A stretch of DNA of 64,000 bases from Dehalococcoidia bacterium (GTDB lineage Bacteria > Chloroflexota > Dehalococcoidia > Plut-88900): assembly GCA_965207225.1 (NCBI GenBank), contig CBDBLV010000002.1, positions 236,160 through 300,159 on the forward strand. Reading direction: 5' to 3'. A program made the translations under genes and the position numbers. A model generated the notes under the pieces. That model did no database searches and had not been told where the DNA came from. It was given only the letters and a program-made list of their open reading frames with translations. Below are positions 9,359 to 18,215 of this stretch, in pieces (positions within the stretch are counted from its first letter, which is position 1; each line of letters starts with the position of its first letter).

Positions 9359-10429
9359 ATGACAACCACCGAATCCAAGGCAACCGAACGCAGCCGCATC
9401 AGCTTCGTCCGGTCCATCAACGAAGCCATCACCCAGGAGATGGAGCGCGACCCCACCGTCATCGTCATGGGCGAAGACGTGGCCGGCGCTCCCGGTAAGA
9501 AGGACCAGGGCTTCGAGGATGCCTGGGGCGGTGTATTCAAGCTCACTAAAGGCCTCATAGGCAAGTTCGGCCCCCAGCGTGTCCTCGATACCCCCATCTC
9601 CGAAGCCGGGTTCATCGGCGCCGGCGTAGGCGCCGCCGCCACCGGCCTCCGACCCATCGTTGAGCTCATGTTCGTCGGTTTTTACGGAGTCTGCGCTGAC
9701 CAGATAACCAACAACGCCGCAAAAATGCACTACATGTTTGGCGGCAAAGTGACCCTTCCCTTGACCATCATCACTAACACCGGCACCGGCGCGGGCGCTG
9801 CCGCCCAGCACTCCGAGACCCTCTACTCCATCTTCACCCACTTCCCCGGTCTCAAGTGTGTCGTCCCTTCCGACGCCTACACCGCCAAGGGCCTCATGAC
9901 CGCCGCTATCCGTGACGACGACCCCGTAATCATCTTTCTCCACAAGCTCCTTCTCGGAAGGACCCGCGCCGGCCTCCGGCCCTCCGAGGAATACGCTGTA
10001 CCTGAAGAGCCCTACATCGTGCCTATAGGTAAGGCCAACGTGGCCCGGGAGGGTGAGGACCTCACCATGATCGGTATCGGCTACACCACCGGCCTCTGCC
10101 TCCAGGCCGCCGACACCCTTCAGCAGCAGGGCGTCAACGCCGAGGTCATAGACCTGCTGTCCCTCTCCCCCATGGACGAGGAGACAATCCTTGAGTCCGT
10201 CAAGAAGACCCGTAGAGCCGTTATTGTCGACGAGGACTACCCGCGTTGTAGCGTCGCATCTGACATATCAGCCCTCATCGCCGAGCAGGCCTTCGACTAC
10301 CTGGACGCCCCACCCAAAAGGGTGACCCCACCCCACTCCCCCGTCCCCTACAGCATCATGCTGGAGCGCCTATTCGCCCCCACCAAAGAGAAAGTCATCG
10401 AGGCCGCATCCGAGGTCCTGGAGGCTTGA
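9359..10429 (+). CDS. 2-oxoacid dehydrogenase E1 beta subunit
   Basis: 356 aa. Transketolase-like pyrimidine-binding and C-terminal domains (VIVMGEDVA..., DTPISEAGFIG). Confidence 0.9.
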   Translation: MTTTESKATERSRISFVRSINEAITQEMERDPTVIVMGEDVAGAPGKKDQGFEDAWGGVFKLTKGLIGKFGPQRVLDTPISEAGFIGAGVGAAATGLRPIVELMFVGFYGVCADQITNNAAKMHYMFGGKVTLPLTIITNTGTGAGAAAQHSETLYSIFTHFPGLKCVVPSDAYTAKGLMTAAIRDDDPVIIFLHKLLLGRTRAGLRPSEEYAVPEEPYIVPIGKANVAREGEDLTMIGIGYTTGLCLQAADTLQQQGVNAEVIDLLSLSPMDEETILESVKKTRRAVIVDEDYPRCSVASDISALIAEQAFDYLDAPPKRVTPPHSPVPYSIMLERLFAPTKEKVIEAASEVLEA

Positions 10430-10471
10430 TGTCCGCAAAGCGCTCGGGGCGATAGTGGAACAGGACTCATA

Positions 10472-11674
10472 ATGGCAACTGCCATACGAATGCCGCAGCT
10501 TGGCATGATTATGACCGAAGGCACCCTCGCCAAGTGGCACAAGGAGCCTGGCGCCCCGGTCAAGCAAGGCGATCCCCTCGCCGAGATCACTACCGAAAAG
10601 ATCTCCTACGAGCTCGAAGCCCCGGAGTCCGGCATCTTCCACCCGGCCGTCAGCGAGGGAGATATCGTCCCCATTGAAGAGCTGATAGCCCATATCCTCC
10701 AGGAGGGTGAAGCGGTCCCCGAGACACCTGCTCCCAAACCCGTTGTCCCGTCCCAGCCCTCTCCCGTCGCCTCTGGCCCTGGGAGGACCCCCGCCCAACC
10801 CCGCGCCGATGTCCGTGCCGCCCCCAGCGCCCGTAAACTTGCCGCCCAGCTTGGAATCGATATCTCCCATGTTATCCCCGCCCGACCCGGCGGCCGCATC
10901 GTCGAGGCTGATGTCAAAGCCTATGCTGAAGCTCAGGTAACGACACCGGCGCCGACAGCGGCAATGGCCGAGGCCCGCGGCCTTCCCCCCGGCCTCCCCG
11001 AACCATCTAAGATAGAATCCCTCTCCGGCATCAGGAAGGCCATAGCCAACAACATGCGCCGCAGCGTGTCCAACGCCGCCCAACTCTCCTTCCACATTGA
11101 AGTTGACATGACACAGGCCACTGCCCTTAGAAAAGAGCACTCCAGGGGTGGGGACATCAGCCTCTCTGCCGCAGACATCGTCATGAAGGCCTGCGCCGAT
11201 GCCCTCCTAAAGAACCCCCGGCTTAACACAATCCTCTCCGACGGAAAGGTCCACTACTTTGACCAGGTCAACATGGGCCTCGCCGTCGCCCTCAACGATG
11301 GCCTCCTGGTACCTGTAATCAGAAACGCCCAATCCAAGTCAATCACCGAGCTTGCCGCCGAAAGAAAAGACCTCTCGGAACGTGCCAGGAGCAGCAAGCT
11401 GAAGGCTGACGAGCTTACCGGCGGGACCTTCAGCCTCACCGTCCTCGGCACCGTCGATGGTTTCACCCCACTCCTTTATCCGGGTCAGAGCGCCATCCTG
11501 GGTGTGGGACGAATTGCAAAGAAACCCGTCGTTGTTGGAGACGAAATTGCTGTGCGAGAGATGGCTACCCTCAGCCTGACCGTGGACCACCAGGTCGTGG
11601 ACGGAGCCCCCGCCTCGGCCTTCCTCCGCCGGGTGAAACAACTCCTCGAACATCCCGAGCAGCTTTTCGACTAG
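10472..11674 (+). CDS. dihydrolipoamide acyltransferase E2 subunit
   Basis: 400 aa. N-terminal lipoyl domain, Pro/Ala linker, peripheral subunit-binding domain (SARKLAAQLGIDIS), and catalytic domain ending in DHQVVDGA. Confidence 0.9.
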   Translation: MATAIRMPQLGMIMTEGTLAKWHKEPGAPVKQGDPLAEITTEKISYELEAPESGIFHPAVSEGDIVPIEELIAHILQEGEAVPETPAPKPVVPSQPSPVASGPGRTPAQPRADVRAAPSARKLAAQLGIDISHVIPARPGGRIVEADVKAYAEAQVTTPAPTAAMAEARGLPPGLPEPSKIESLSGIRKAIANNMRRSVSNAAQLSFHIEVDMTQATALRKEHSRGGDISLSAADIVMKACADALLKNPRLNTILSDGKVHYFDQVNMGLAVALNDGLLVPVIRNAQSKSITELAAERKDLSERARSSKLKADELTGGTFSLTVLGTVDGFTPLLYPGQSAILGVGRIAKKPVVVGDEIAVREMATLSLTVDHQVVDGAPASAFLRRVKQLLEHPEQLFD

Positions 11675-11696
11675 ACCTTTACGTTGACGCCAACGG

Positions 11697-11730
11697 AAAA
11701 GGGGCGACACCTTGGTGTCGCCCCTTTTGC
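11697..11730. terminator. bidirectional intrinsic terminator between convergent genes
   Basis: AAAA-GGGGCGACACC-TT-GGTGTCGCCCC-TTTTGC. Perfect 11-bp stem with an A-tract and a T-tract on either side. Confidence 0.75.
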
Positions 11731-11750
11731 TTCTCTATCTGGCGGGTAAT

Positions 11751-12557
11751 CTAGCCCCGGGGCCTCACCCAGGACTCGGACCACGCCAGGCACGCCGTCG
11801 TCGAAGGCGTACCGTCCCGCTGTGCCGGCTGCGCATCTCCAGACGCATATTCGCCGTTTATCACAACCTGCGCCCGACGCGCCGGCGTCATGATGCTGTA
11901 TACCCCATGTGTCCTGCCGCCTGTACCGGGAGGCGCATGGATCGCAAATGGCGTAATGGTATCATACCACGTCAGTGCTATGTCCTGGTCTTCGGATAGC
12001 ACTCTCTCGGTAGAGAAGGACCGCACGTCTCCTTCCCTCTCGAATTCCGCCTCGATTATCCGAAGAGAGGTATCCGAAAACGGCGGATTGATCATCGATT
12101 CAATCTCTTCTTGCAGCCACCGTGCCAGCGCAACGTTGTCGGAATACGCAACAACCTCGTTGTTGGTAAGATCGGAACGCATGAAGAGCGCGTGCCCCGG
12201 GCCCGCCGGTGAGAAAAGCACACGCCAATGGCTCGCCACGGTCGTGAATTCCGCCCCCTCGGACGGCGCCAGTCGGATAAACGAATTCTCTCCCGTGACC
12301 CGTACCTCGTTCGGGTCCACCACCGATGCCGACCTCCCCCTCTGCGACTTGTCCAGTAGCTTTTCCTCTCCCTTAGTTGTCAGGTACTTCACGGGAGAAG
12401 GGATCAGGCGTCGGCCCTTCCGCTTGAAACTACCGACTATCCGGTTCTCTCCCAATAGCTTGGAAATTCTCGCTACACTGTATCCGGTCGCCTCTGCTGC
12501 CTCTTTGACGGTCATCGCACCCTTGGGCGGCACGAATCTGGATCTCCTTCTAGCCAT
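11751..12557 (-). CDS. hypothetical protein with N-terminal helix-turn-helix and unrecognised C-terminal domain
   Basis: 268 aa. N-terminus MTVKEAAEATGYSVARISKLLGE resembles excisionase/MerR-type HTH. I do not recognise the remaining ~200 aa. Confidence 0.55.
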   Translation of the reverse strand: MARRRSRFVPPKGAMTVKEAAEATGYSVARISKLLGENRIVGSFKRKGRRLIPSPVKYLTTKGEEKLLDKSQRGRSASVVDPNEVRVTGENSFIRLAPSEGAEFTTVASHWRVLFSPAGPGHALFMRSDLTNNEVVAYSDNVALARWLQEEIESMINPPFSDTSLRIIEAEFEREGDVRSFSTERVLSEDQDIALTWYDTITPFAIHAPPGTGGRTHGVYSIMTPARRAQVVINGEYASGDAQPAQRDGTPSTTACLAWSESWVRPRG

Positions 12558-12794
12558 TTGCAGTCCTTTCTTTAGTCACGGCAGCCGCATTGGCCTGCCT
12601 TCTCAATTGAAGAGCACATCTATGACTACAATATACTATTCTAACAGGTTGCTGCGGTAGATAGAAACTTGCACGTTGTTGAGTCTGGATGTAACCGATT
12701 TTTTGCCTTCTTAAGTGAAACTCAGGGCTAAAACCGTGTACAATGGAGATACATGAGAAGGGCGGCGGGTAGTAAATAAATCCGGAGGAGCCAA

Positions 12795-13379
12795 ATGACT
12801 ATCACCACCTACGACGTAGACCAGTTTGTCCACGACATGAAGGAACTTCAGGCCAAGGGCTTGGACGACGCCCGCATACTGGACCAGGGTTCATCCTATC
12901 TCGAAAAACTGATCAGCAACCCCGACTGTATCCCCCCCGAGTTCCGAGTCCCCTCCCTCAAGGGCAGCAGCCGCCTCCACGGCTCGTATCTCCTTCACCG
13001 CTCCGATGATCTCCTCGTCTCCGCCGAGGTCTGGGGCCCCGGTGACCACGTAGACCCCCATGATCACCTCGTCTGGGGAATGATCGGCGTCCTGGACAAC
13101 ACCCTCAACGAGGTCCGCTTCCAATGGCACGAGGATGAGAATCGACCCGGCTTCGGCCGCCTGGAGAAATCTCGAGACGCCGTATCCAAGCCCGGCGAGG
13201 TTAGCCTTCTCGTCCCCGGCATCGACGAAATCCACCAGATTGACAACCACGACTCCCGTCCCACCGTCGAAATTCACGTCTACGGCTTGGACCTCGGGAC
13301 CATCCAGCGCAACAGGTACGACGCCGCAGCCGGCACGAAGGTCAACTTCCGGATCAAGTCCAAGTACGACAACGAGTAG
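12795..13379 (+). CDS. cupin-fold protein, cysteine dioxygenase type I-like
   Basis: 194 aa. His-rich cupin motifs (HVDPHDHLVWGMIGVL ... IHQIDNH ... VEIHVYG). Sits next to a rhodanese gene. Confidence 0.6.
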   Translation: MTITTYDVDQFVHDMKELQAKGLDDARILDQGSSYLEKLISNPDCIPPEFRVPSLKGSSRLHGSYLLHRSDDLLVSAEVWGPGDHVDPHDHLVWGMIGVLDNTLNEVRFQWHEDENRPGFGRLEKSRDAVSKPGEVSLLVPGIDEIHQIDNHDSRPTVEIHVYGLDLGTIQRNRYDAAAGTKVNFRIKSKYDNE

Positions 13380-13414
13380 CAGACTCCCGTTTTCGACCTC
13401 CCTGCAATTTCACC

Positions 13415-14998
13415 ATGCCAGCGAACACGTCGCCCGACCAGCTTGCCGCGCTTTTGGAGGGAGACTCCCCCTTCGCCCTGCTGGACGTCCGTGAACTGGG
13501 TGAATACAACCAGGCCCACATACCCGGCGCCTGCCCCCTCCCCCGACGCCTTATCGAATACCGCCTCCCGAGGCTCGTGCCCAATCTATCAACGAACGTC
13601 ATAGTTTGTGACGACGATGGGAGACGCGCCGCACTGGCAGTTGGGACTCTGCAGAAAATGGGATATACCAACGCCTCCGTCCTTGAGGGAGGCATCAACC
13701 GTTGGACGTCTCAGGGATACGGTTCCGAGTGGGGAGTCAACGTCCCCAGCAAGGACTACGGAGAGCGCGTCCAGGTGGAGCGCAACATCCCCGAAATTAC
13801 CGCTGAAGAATTGGAAGACTGGATCTCCCGTAAAGACAAGTTCGTCCTGGTAGACTCCCGCACCCCCGAGGAACACAACAGCTTCTGCATCCCCGGAAGC
13901 CGCAGCATGCCCGGCGGCGAGCTCGCCCTCCGTGTCTGGGACCTCATGGACTCCGAGGACACCCCTGTGGTCGTTCACTGTGCGGGCCGGACTCGAAGCA
14001 TCGTCGGCACAAGCATCCTCCACCGCATGGGTATCAAGAACGTCTTCGGCCTCCGCAACGGAACCATGGGTTGGCAGCTTGCCGGCTTTGACCTCGAGCA
14101 TGGCTCCACCCGACTAACCCTGGACACCCCATCCGAGGCCGCCATCCAAAAGGCCGAGGCCCACGGCCGCAAGGTCGCTACCGAAGACGGTGTCCAATAC
14201 CTCCCTCTGGAAGACTTGGCATCTTTCATCGCTGAACACAGCCAGGAAAACGTCTACCTTATCGACGTGCGCTCCATCGAGGAGTTCGAGTCCGGTCACG
14301 TCCCGGGCTTCTTGTGGTATCCCGGGGGCCAGGCCGCCCAGGAGAGCGACAACGCAGTAGGCGTAAAGGCCGGCCACATAGTCTTCTGCTGCGACGGCGT
14401 GGCCCGAGCCTCGGTCACCGCCTCCCTCTTCCGCCAGATCGGATACCCCAACGTCTACGTACTTGATGGTGGCACGACCACCTGGACCCGAGCCGGCTTC
14501 TCACTCCAAGCCGGCCTCGCCTCCCCCGACCCCGCCCTCCTCGATCAAGCCCGCTCTCGGGTCCCCTCACTTCCCGCCCCCGATGCCAGGAAACTGATGG
14601 AAGATCAGGACTGCGCCACGCTGTTCGTCGGCACCAGCGCCGAGTTTGCCCAGGCACACACCCCCGGCGCCCGATGGGCCCCCCGCGGCTCCCTCGAACT
14701 CACTATCGGAGAGATCGCCCCCTCCCTCACCACCCCCGTCCTCCTCGTCACCCCCGAAGGTCGAGAATCTCTCCTGGCCGGCCTGACCCTGCTGGATTCC
14801 GGCTATTCCAACGTCCATTCTCTGCAGGGCGGTACCCGGGCCTGGGCGGACGAGGGCCTTCCTCTGGAAACTGGACTCGCAGGCGTCATGAGTCCCCCTA
14901 ACGACCTCGTCTCCACCGGCTCGGGCCGCAACTTCGCCGACGCCATCAACTACCTGCGGTGGGAAATAGAGCTCGGGCACAAGTACGAAAAGGCCTAG
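13415..14998 (+). CDS. multi-domain rhodanese sulfurtransferase (about four rhodanese repeats)
   Basis: 527 aa. Repeated rhodanese modules; candidate active-site loops VVHCAGRTRS and FCCDGVARAS. Confidence 0.8.
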   Translation: MPANTSPDQLAALLEGDSPFALLDVRELGEYNQAHIPGACPLPRRLIEYRLPRLVPNLSTNVIVCDDDGRRAALAVGTLQKMGYTNASVLEGGINRWTSQGYGSEWGVNVPSKDYGERVQVERNIPEITAEELEDWISRKDKFVLVDSRTPEEHNSFCIPGSRSMPGGELALRVWDLMDSEDTPVVVHCAGRTRSIVGTSILHRMGIKNVFGLRNGTMGWQLAGFDLEHGSTRLTLDTPSEAAIQKAEAHGRKVATEDGVQYLPLEDLASFIAEHSQENVYLIDVRSIEEFESGHVPGFLWYPGGQAAQESDNAVGVKAGHIVFCCDGVARASVTASLFRQIGYPNVYVLDGGTTTWTRAGFSLQAGLASPDPALLDQARSRVPSLPAPDARKLMEDQDCATLFVGTSAEFAQAHTPGARWAPRGSLELTIGEIAPSLTTPVLLVTPEGRESLLAGLTLLDSGYSNVHSLQGGTRAWADEGLPLETGLAGVMSPPNDLVSTGSGRNFADAINYLRWEIELGHKYEKA

Positions 14999-16107
14999 CT
15001 GAAGCTCAGGTGGTGGATCGTCGCCGCCTCCATCGCCTCCCAGTCCACATCCAGCCCTAGGCCCGATTTCTCCGGCCCGTAGACGTATCCATCCGGTTGC
15101 GTCCTCACCACGTCCAGCATCCCGTACTCATACGGTTCGAGAGGCATGCTCTGCTCGTAATAGGTGCAATTCTCGGTGGTCAACATTACGTGTAGGTTAG
15201 CCGTTGAATTCAGACTATAACCCCAGGACATTACCTCGCAGTTCATTCCGGCTTCCAGTGTAATGTCGACAGCTTTTCTAAGCGGAGTAACCCCCCCGAG
15301 AACCAGGGCATCCGTCCTGGCTGACCTCCAGCACCCCGCCTTCACTGCACCCTCGAAGGTCGCCAGGTCCATTATCCAATTCCCGGACGGCAGGACCGGC
15401 ATCTCTACCTCCCGCGCCAGCATCCTGTACCCTTCCAGGTCGTAGTCCGGCAGAGGCGCCTCGAACCACGTGAAGTCCAGGCTTTCCAGCTCTTTTGCCA
15501 CCCGCATCGCCGATTCCCGGTCGTAGTTGTTTTCCGCATCCAGCATGAACTCCACGTCCTTGCCTGGATGTTCTTGCCGGACTGCCCGTGCCAACGCTGC
15601 GTCGTCCTCCGGGATGCACCAGGTGTGGAACTTTACCGCCGTGAATCCCTGCCCCAGCAGCTCATCCACAAATGCCAGGTATGCGGCTATGTCGTCGAGC
15701 ATCGGCGTACTCGCGTAAGAACGAATGCGGTCCCGCTTCGCTCCAATAAGCTTATACAACGGCGCGCCCGACACCTTCCCCGCCAGGTCCCACAACGCAA
15801 TGTCTACCGCAGCCAGTGCCTGTGGCGGAATCGGGAACACCCTCGGCCAGAGTTCCTTCCGGATGCCTTCCCGGTCCAGGGGGTCCTTCCCGACCAGTAT
15901 CGGCCCGAGATGCCGCAGCGTCTCCGCGGTGTACCGGTCGTAATCGAAGGAGGTCGCATTCCAGACCCCACCCATTCCCTCCACCCCATCGTCCGTATAG
16001 ATTCTCACAAGCGTATTGGTGGAAAACTGGTCTGGCAAATCATACGACCATGCAAACCTCTCCACCCGCGGCGCAACCGCCCTCACCTCAATCCTCTCAA
16101 TCTTCAT
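14995..16107 (-). CDS. enolase-superfamily enzyme (mandelate racemase/muconate lactonizing family)
   Basis: 370 aa. N-terminal capping domain (MKIERIEVRAV...) and barrel domain with a typical layout of acidic metal ligands. Confidence 0.8.
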   Translation of the reverse strand: MKIERIEVRAVAPRVERFAWSYDLPDQFSTNTLVRIYTDDGVEGMGGVWNATSFDYDRYTAETLRHLGPILVGKDPLDREGIRKELWPRVFPIPPQALAAVDIALWDLAGKVSGAPLYKLIGAKRDRIRSYASTPMLDDIAAYLAFVDELLGQGFTAVKFHTWCIPEDDAALARAVRQEHPGKDVEFMLDAENNYDRESAMRVAKELESLDFTWFEAPLPDYDLEGYRMLAREVEMPVLPSGNWIMDLATFEGAVKAGCWRSARTDALVLGGVTPLRKAVDITLEAGMNCEVMSWGYSLNSTANLHVMLTTENCTYYEQSMPLEPYEYGMLDVVRTQPDGYVYGPEKSGLGLDVDWEAMEAATIHHLSFS

Positions 16108-16245
16108 TTCACCACCTTCATTACTATTCTGGCAGTCTAGTTTGGCGACAAACAGTGTAAATGTCCTCCATAACTTGCGCCATTAATCGTTGCACTTTAA
16201 CCTTCAATTCCATCAGCGGCATTCACCCACCGGAGGCCCGACACC

Positions 16246-17439
16246 ATGACAGCCAACCCCGCCTACCCCATGTTCTCCCCACAGGAGATGGACCGACGCC
16301 TCGCCCGCGCCCGGGACCTCATGGGCCTGCATGACCTCGACGCCCTCCTCATCACCGGCGAGCACAACTTCCACTACTTCGTAGGCGCCGCCCCCAGCAT
16401 CGGCCCCAACGAGTCCCTCGCCCGGCCCTCCGCCTTCATCCTGCCCGCCGTCGGCGAGCCCATCATCGTCTCTCAGGGTCGCGATAACATTCAGGAAGGC
16501 ACCTACATATCCGAAATCCGCGACTATTTCGACGTTCTCCGGTTCCCTTACGACCTCGTGACTGAAGCCCTACGCGACAGAGGGCTCAGTGCAGGCCGCA
16601 TCGGTGCAGAATTGGGACAGGAACAGAGGATGGGCCTGCCCGTTGGCGATTATCTCGCCATCACTAACTCCCTCCCCGAGGCCCGCTTCGTCGATGCCGC
16701 CGACGTCATCATTAAGACCCGCATGGTTAAGTCCGACGAGGAAGTGGAATACATGCGGGAAGCCGCCCGAATTACCGCCCGCGCCCGAAACCGTCTCTAC
16801 TCCGACTACCTCACCCCCGGTGTCACCGAGCGCCAGCTCGCCCGCCAGTTCCAGAAGCTCGTCCTCGACGAAGGCGCTGACGGTACTTCCTTCGTCCACT
16901 TCCAGTTCGACATCCAGTCCCAGCTCCCCGGCGCCAAGCACGCTTTCCACTACGACCGACCCCTCAGGAAAGGCCTCATCCTCGGTATCGACACCGGCGC
17001 CCGGGTCGGAATGTACACCGTCGACTATCCCCGCATGGTATCCCTCGGCCCTCCTACCGATAGACAGAAGCGTCTCTACGAAAACCTCCTGGAGGTCAAC
17101 CGGCGCATGACCGTAGCCCTCAAGCCCGGAGTCACCGCCGCCGAAATCCACGCCGCCGCCGTCCAGGCCATGAAGGACCTCGGCGTGGAGACCGACAACC
17201 CCGAAAGGCTCTCGGGCGGCAGCCGCATGGGCCACGGCCAGGGCATCCAGTTCACTGAGCCCCCCAGCGTTACCCCTACAGACCACACCATCCTGGAAGT
17301 CGGCGCCGTAATCAGCACCGAGCCCGGCATCGCCGACGGGGAATTGCACCTCCTCTGGGAAGACACCCACGTCATCACCCCCACCGGCTCAGACCTGATC
17401 ACCACAGAATCCGAAACCCTCCGCCAAGTCCCCTTCTAA
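16246..17439 (+). CDS. M24-family metallopeptidase (Xaa-Pro aminopeptidase/creatinase-like)
   Basis: 397 aa. Creatinase-like N-domain plus pita-bread domain (GIDTGARVGMYTVD, HGQGIQFTEPP, STEPG). Confidence 0.85.
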   Translation: MTANPAYPMFSPQEMDRRLARARDLMGLHDLDALLITGEHNFHYFVGAAPSIGPNESLARPSAFILPAVGEPIIVSQGRDNIQEGTYISEIRDYFDVLRFPYDLVTEALRDRGLSAGRIGAELGQEQRMGLPVGDYLAITNSLPEARFVDAADVIIKTRMVKSDEEVEYMREAARITARARNRLYSDYLTPGVTERQLARQFQKLVLDEGADGTSFVHFQFDIQSQLPGAKHAFHYDRPLRKGLILGIDTGARVGMYTVDYPRMVSLGPPTDRQKRLYENLLEVNRRMTVALKPGVTAAEIHAAAVQAMKDLGVETDNPERLSGGSRMGHGQGIQFTEPPSVTPTDHTILEVGAVISTEPGIADGELHLLWEDTHVITPTGSDLITTESETLRQVPF

Positions 17440-17469
17440 CCTCCCATTTCCCTGTCCCCTCCATCCCAC

Positions 17470-17965
17470 CCCCTCTCTGTCATCCCGCTTCCGACCGGGA
17501 GTTCACCCTATCCTTTTTCGTCATTCCCGACTCCGATCGGGAATCCATCCCGCGGGGCGAGGGTTCCGTTCGCCCTGAGCAAAGTCGAAGGGTCGACCGA
17601 ACGGAATGGGGTGGTGCCCGGTTCCCGTAGGGGCGACCGGCGGGTCGCCCTCCCCGGTCCGGGGCCGCTCGTGCTGAGACCCTCGAAGTATGAGCGAGAG
17701 GCGGCCCACGCCTTGCCAACCCGTCTCATCCCTCCATCACCAACCACCCTTTCTCACCTTCCCATTCCGATGCCCCGCGAGGAATCTGGGGCTGGCAGGA
17801 GGCTGGCCCTCTCCCCCGAGCAGTGGGGCCGCTCACCCTGAGCGACGAGTCGAAGGGTCGAGCGGGGAGGGGTGGCCCAAGCCTCTCCAAACCATCACCT
17901 CAGTCTGCCGTCAACCCACACCCCTCACTGTCATTCCGATGCCCCGCGATGAATCTAGGACTTGC
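17470..17965. repeat. cluster of REP-like hairpin modules (families F1 and F2)
   Basis: F1 is GTCATTCC(C)GA-loop-TCGG(G)AATC at about 17484-17500, 17524-17543, 17763-17786 and 17929-17955. F2 is GGCCGCTC..CTGAGC..GTCGAAGG..GAGCGG nested hairpins at 17564-17606, 17660-17712 and 17826-17878. An extra hairpin GGGCGACC/GGTCGCCC lies at 17631-17650. Confidence 0.8.
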
Positions 17966-18000
17966 CCGCTCACGCCCTTTATCTCCTTCTCCCTTTCTCT

Positions 18001-18145
18001 CCCCAGTACTGAACTAGAGGGCTACGTGGGTGCGCAGCACCCACGTAGCCCTCTGTTCTTCTTCCCCCTCTCCCTTAAAGGCCCTAAGAGCCTGCCCCGA
18101 GTCCCTCGAGGGGGAGAGGGGGATCAAGGGGGTGAGGGTTCCCCC
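18001..18145 (+). repeat. composite repeat F3, copy A1 (terminator-like hairpin plus conserved CCCCCTCTCCC...GGGAGAGGGGG module)
   Basis: CCAGTACTGAACTAG, then a perfect 18-bp hairpin at 18016-18054 (AGAGGGCTACGTGGGTGC / GCACCCACGTAGCCCTCT), then TGTTCTTCTT, then CCCCCTCTCCCTTAAAGGCCCTAAGAGCCTGCCCCGAG..GGGGAGAGGGGGATCAAGGGGGTGAGGGTTCCC. Confidence 0.85.
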
Positions 18146-18186
18146 GTGGGGCCGAGGGGCATTCCATCCCCAAGAAGATCGGACAT

Positions 18187-18215
18187 TTGCCCTACCTGAA
18201 CCCCCGTGCTATACT
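18187..18215 (+). promoter_or_regulatory. extended -10 promoter P1 driving element X
   Basis: TTGCCC, 17-nt spacer ending in TGc, TATACT. The block CCCGTGCTATACT matches the blocks before rpsO (CTCTGTGCTATACT) and purA (CCCGTGTTATACT). Confidence 0.5.

Noticed and set aside
18016-18054. Integron attC sites as an explanation for the variable hairpins
   Set aside because: There is no intI gene, no cassette ORFs between hairpins, and no RYYYAAC/GTTRRRY core sites. The stems are perfect, without the extrahelical bases typical of attC.
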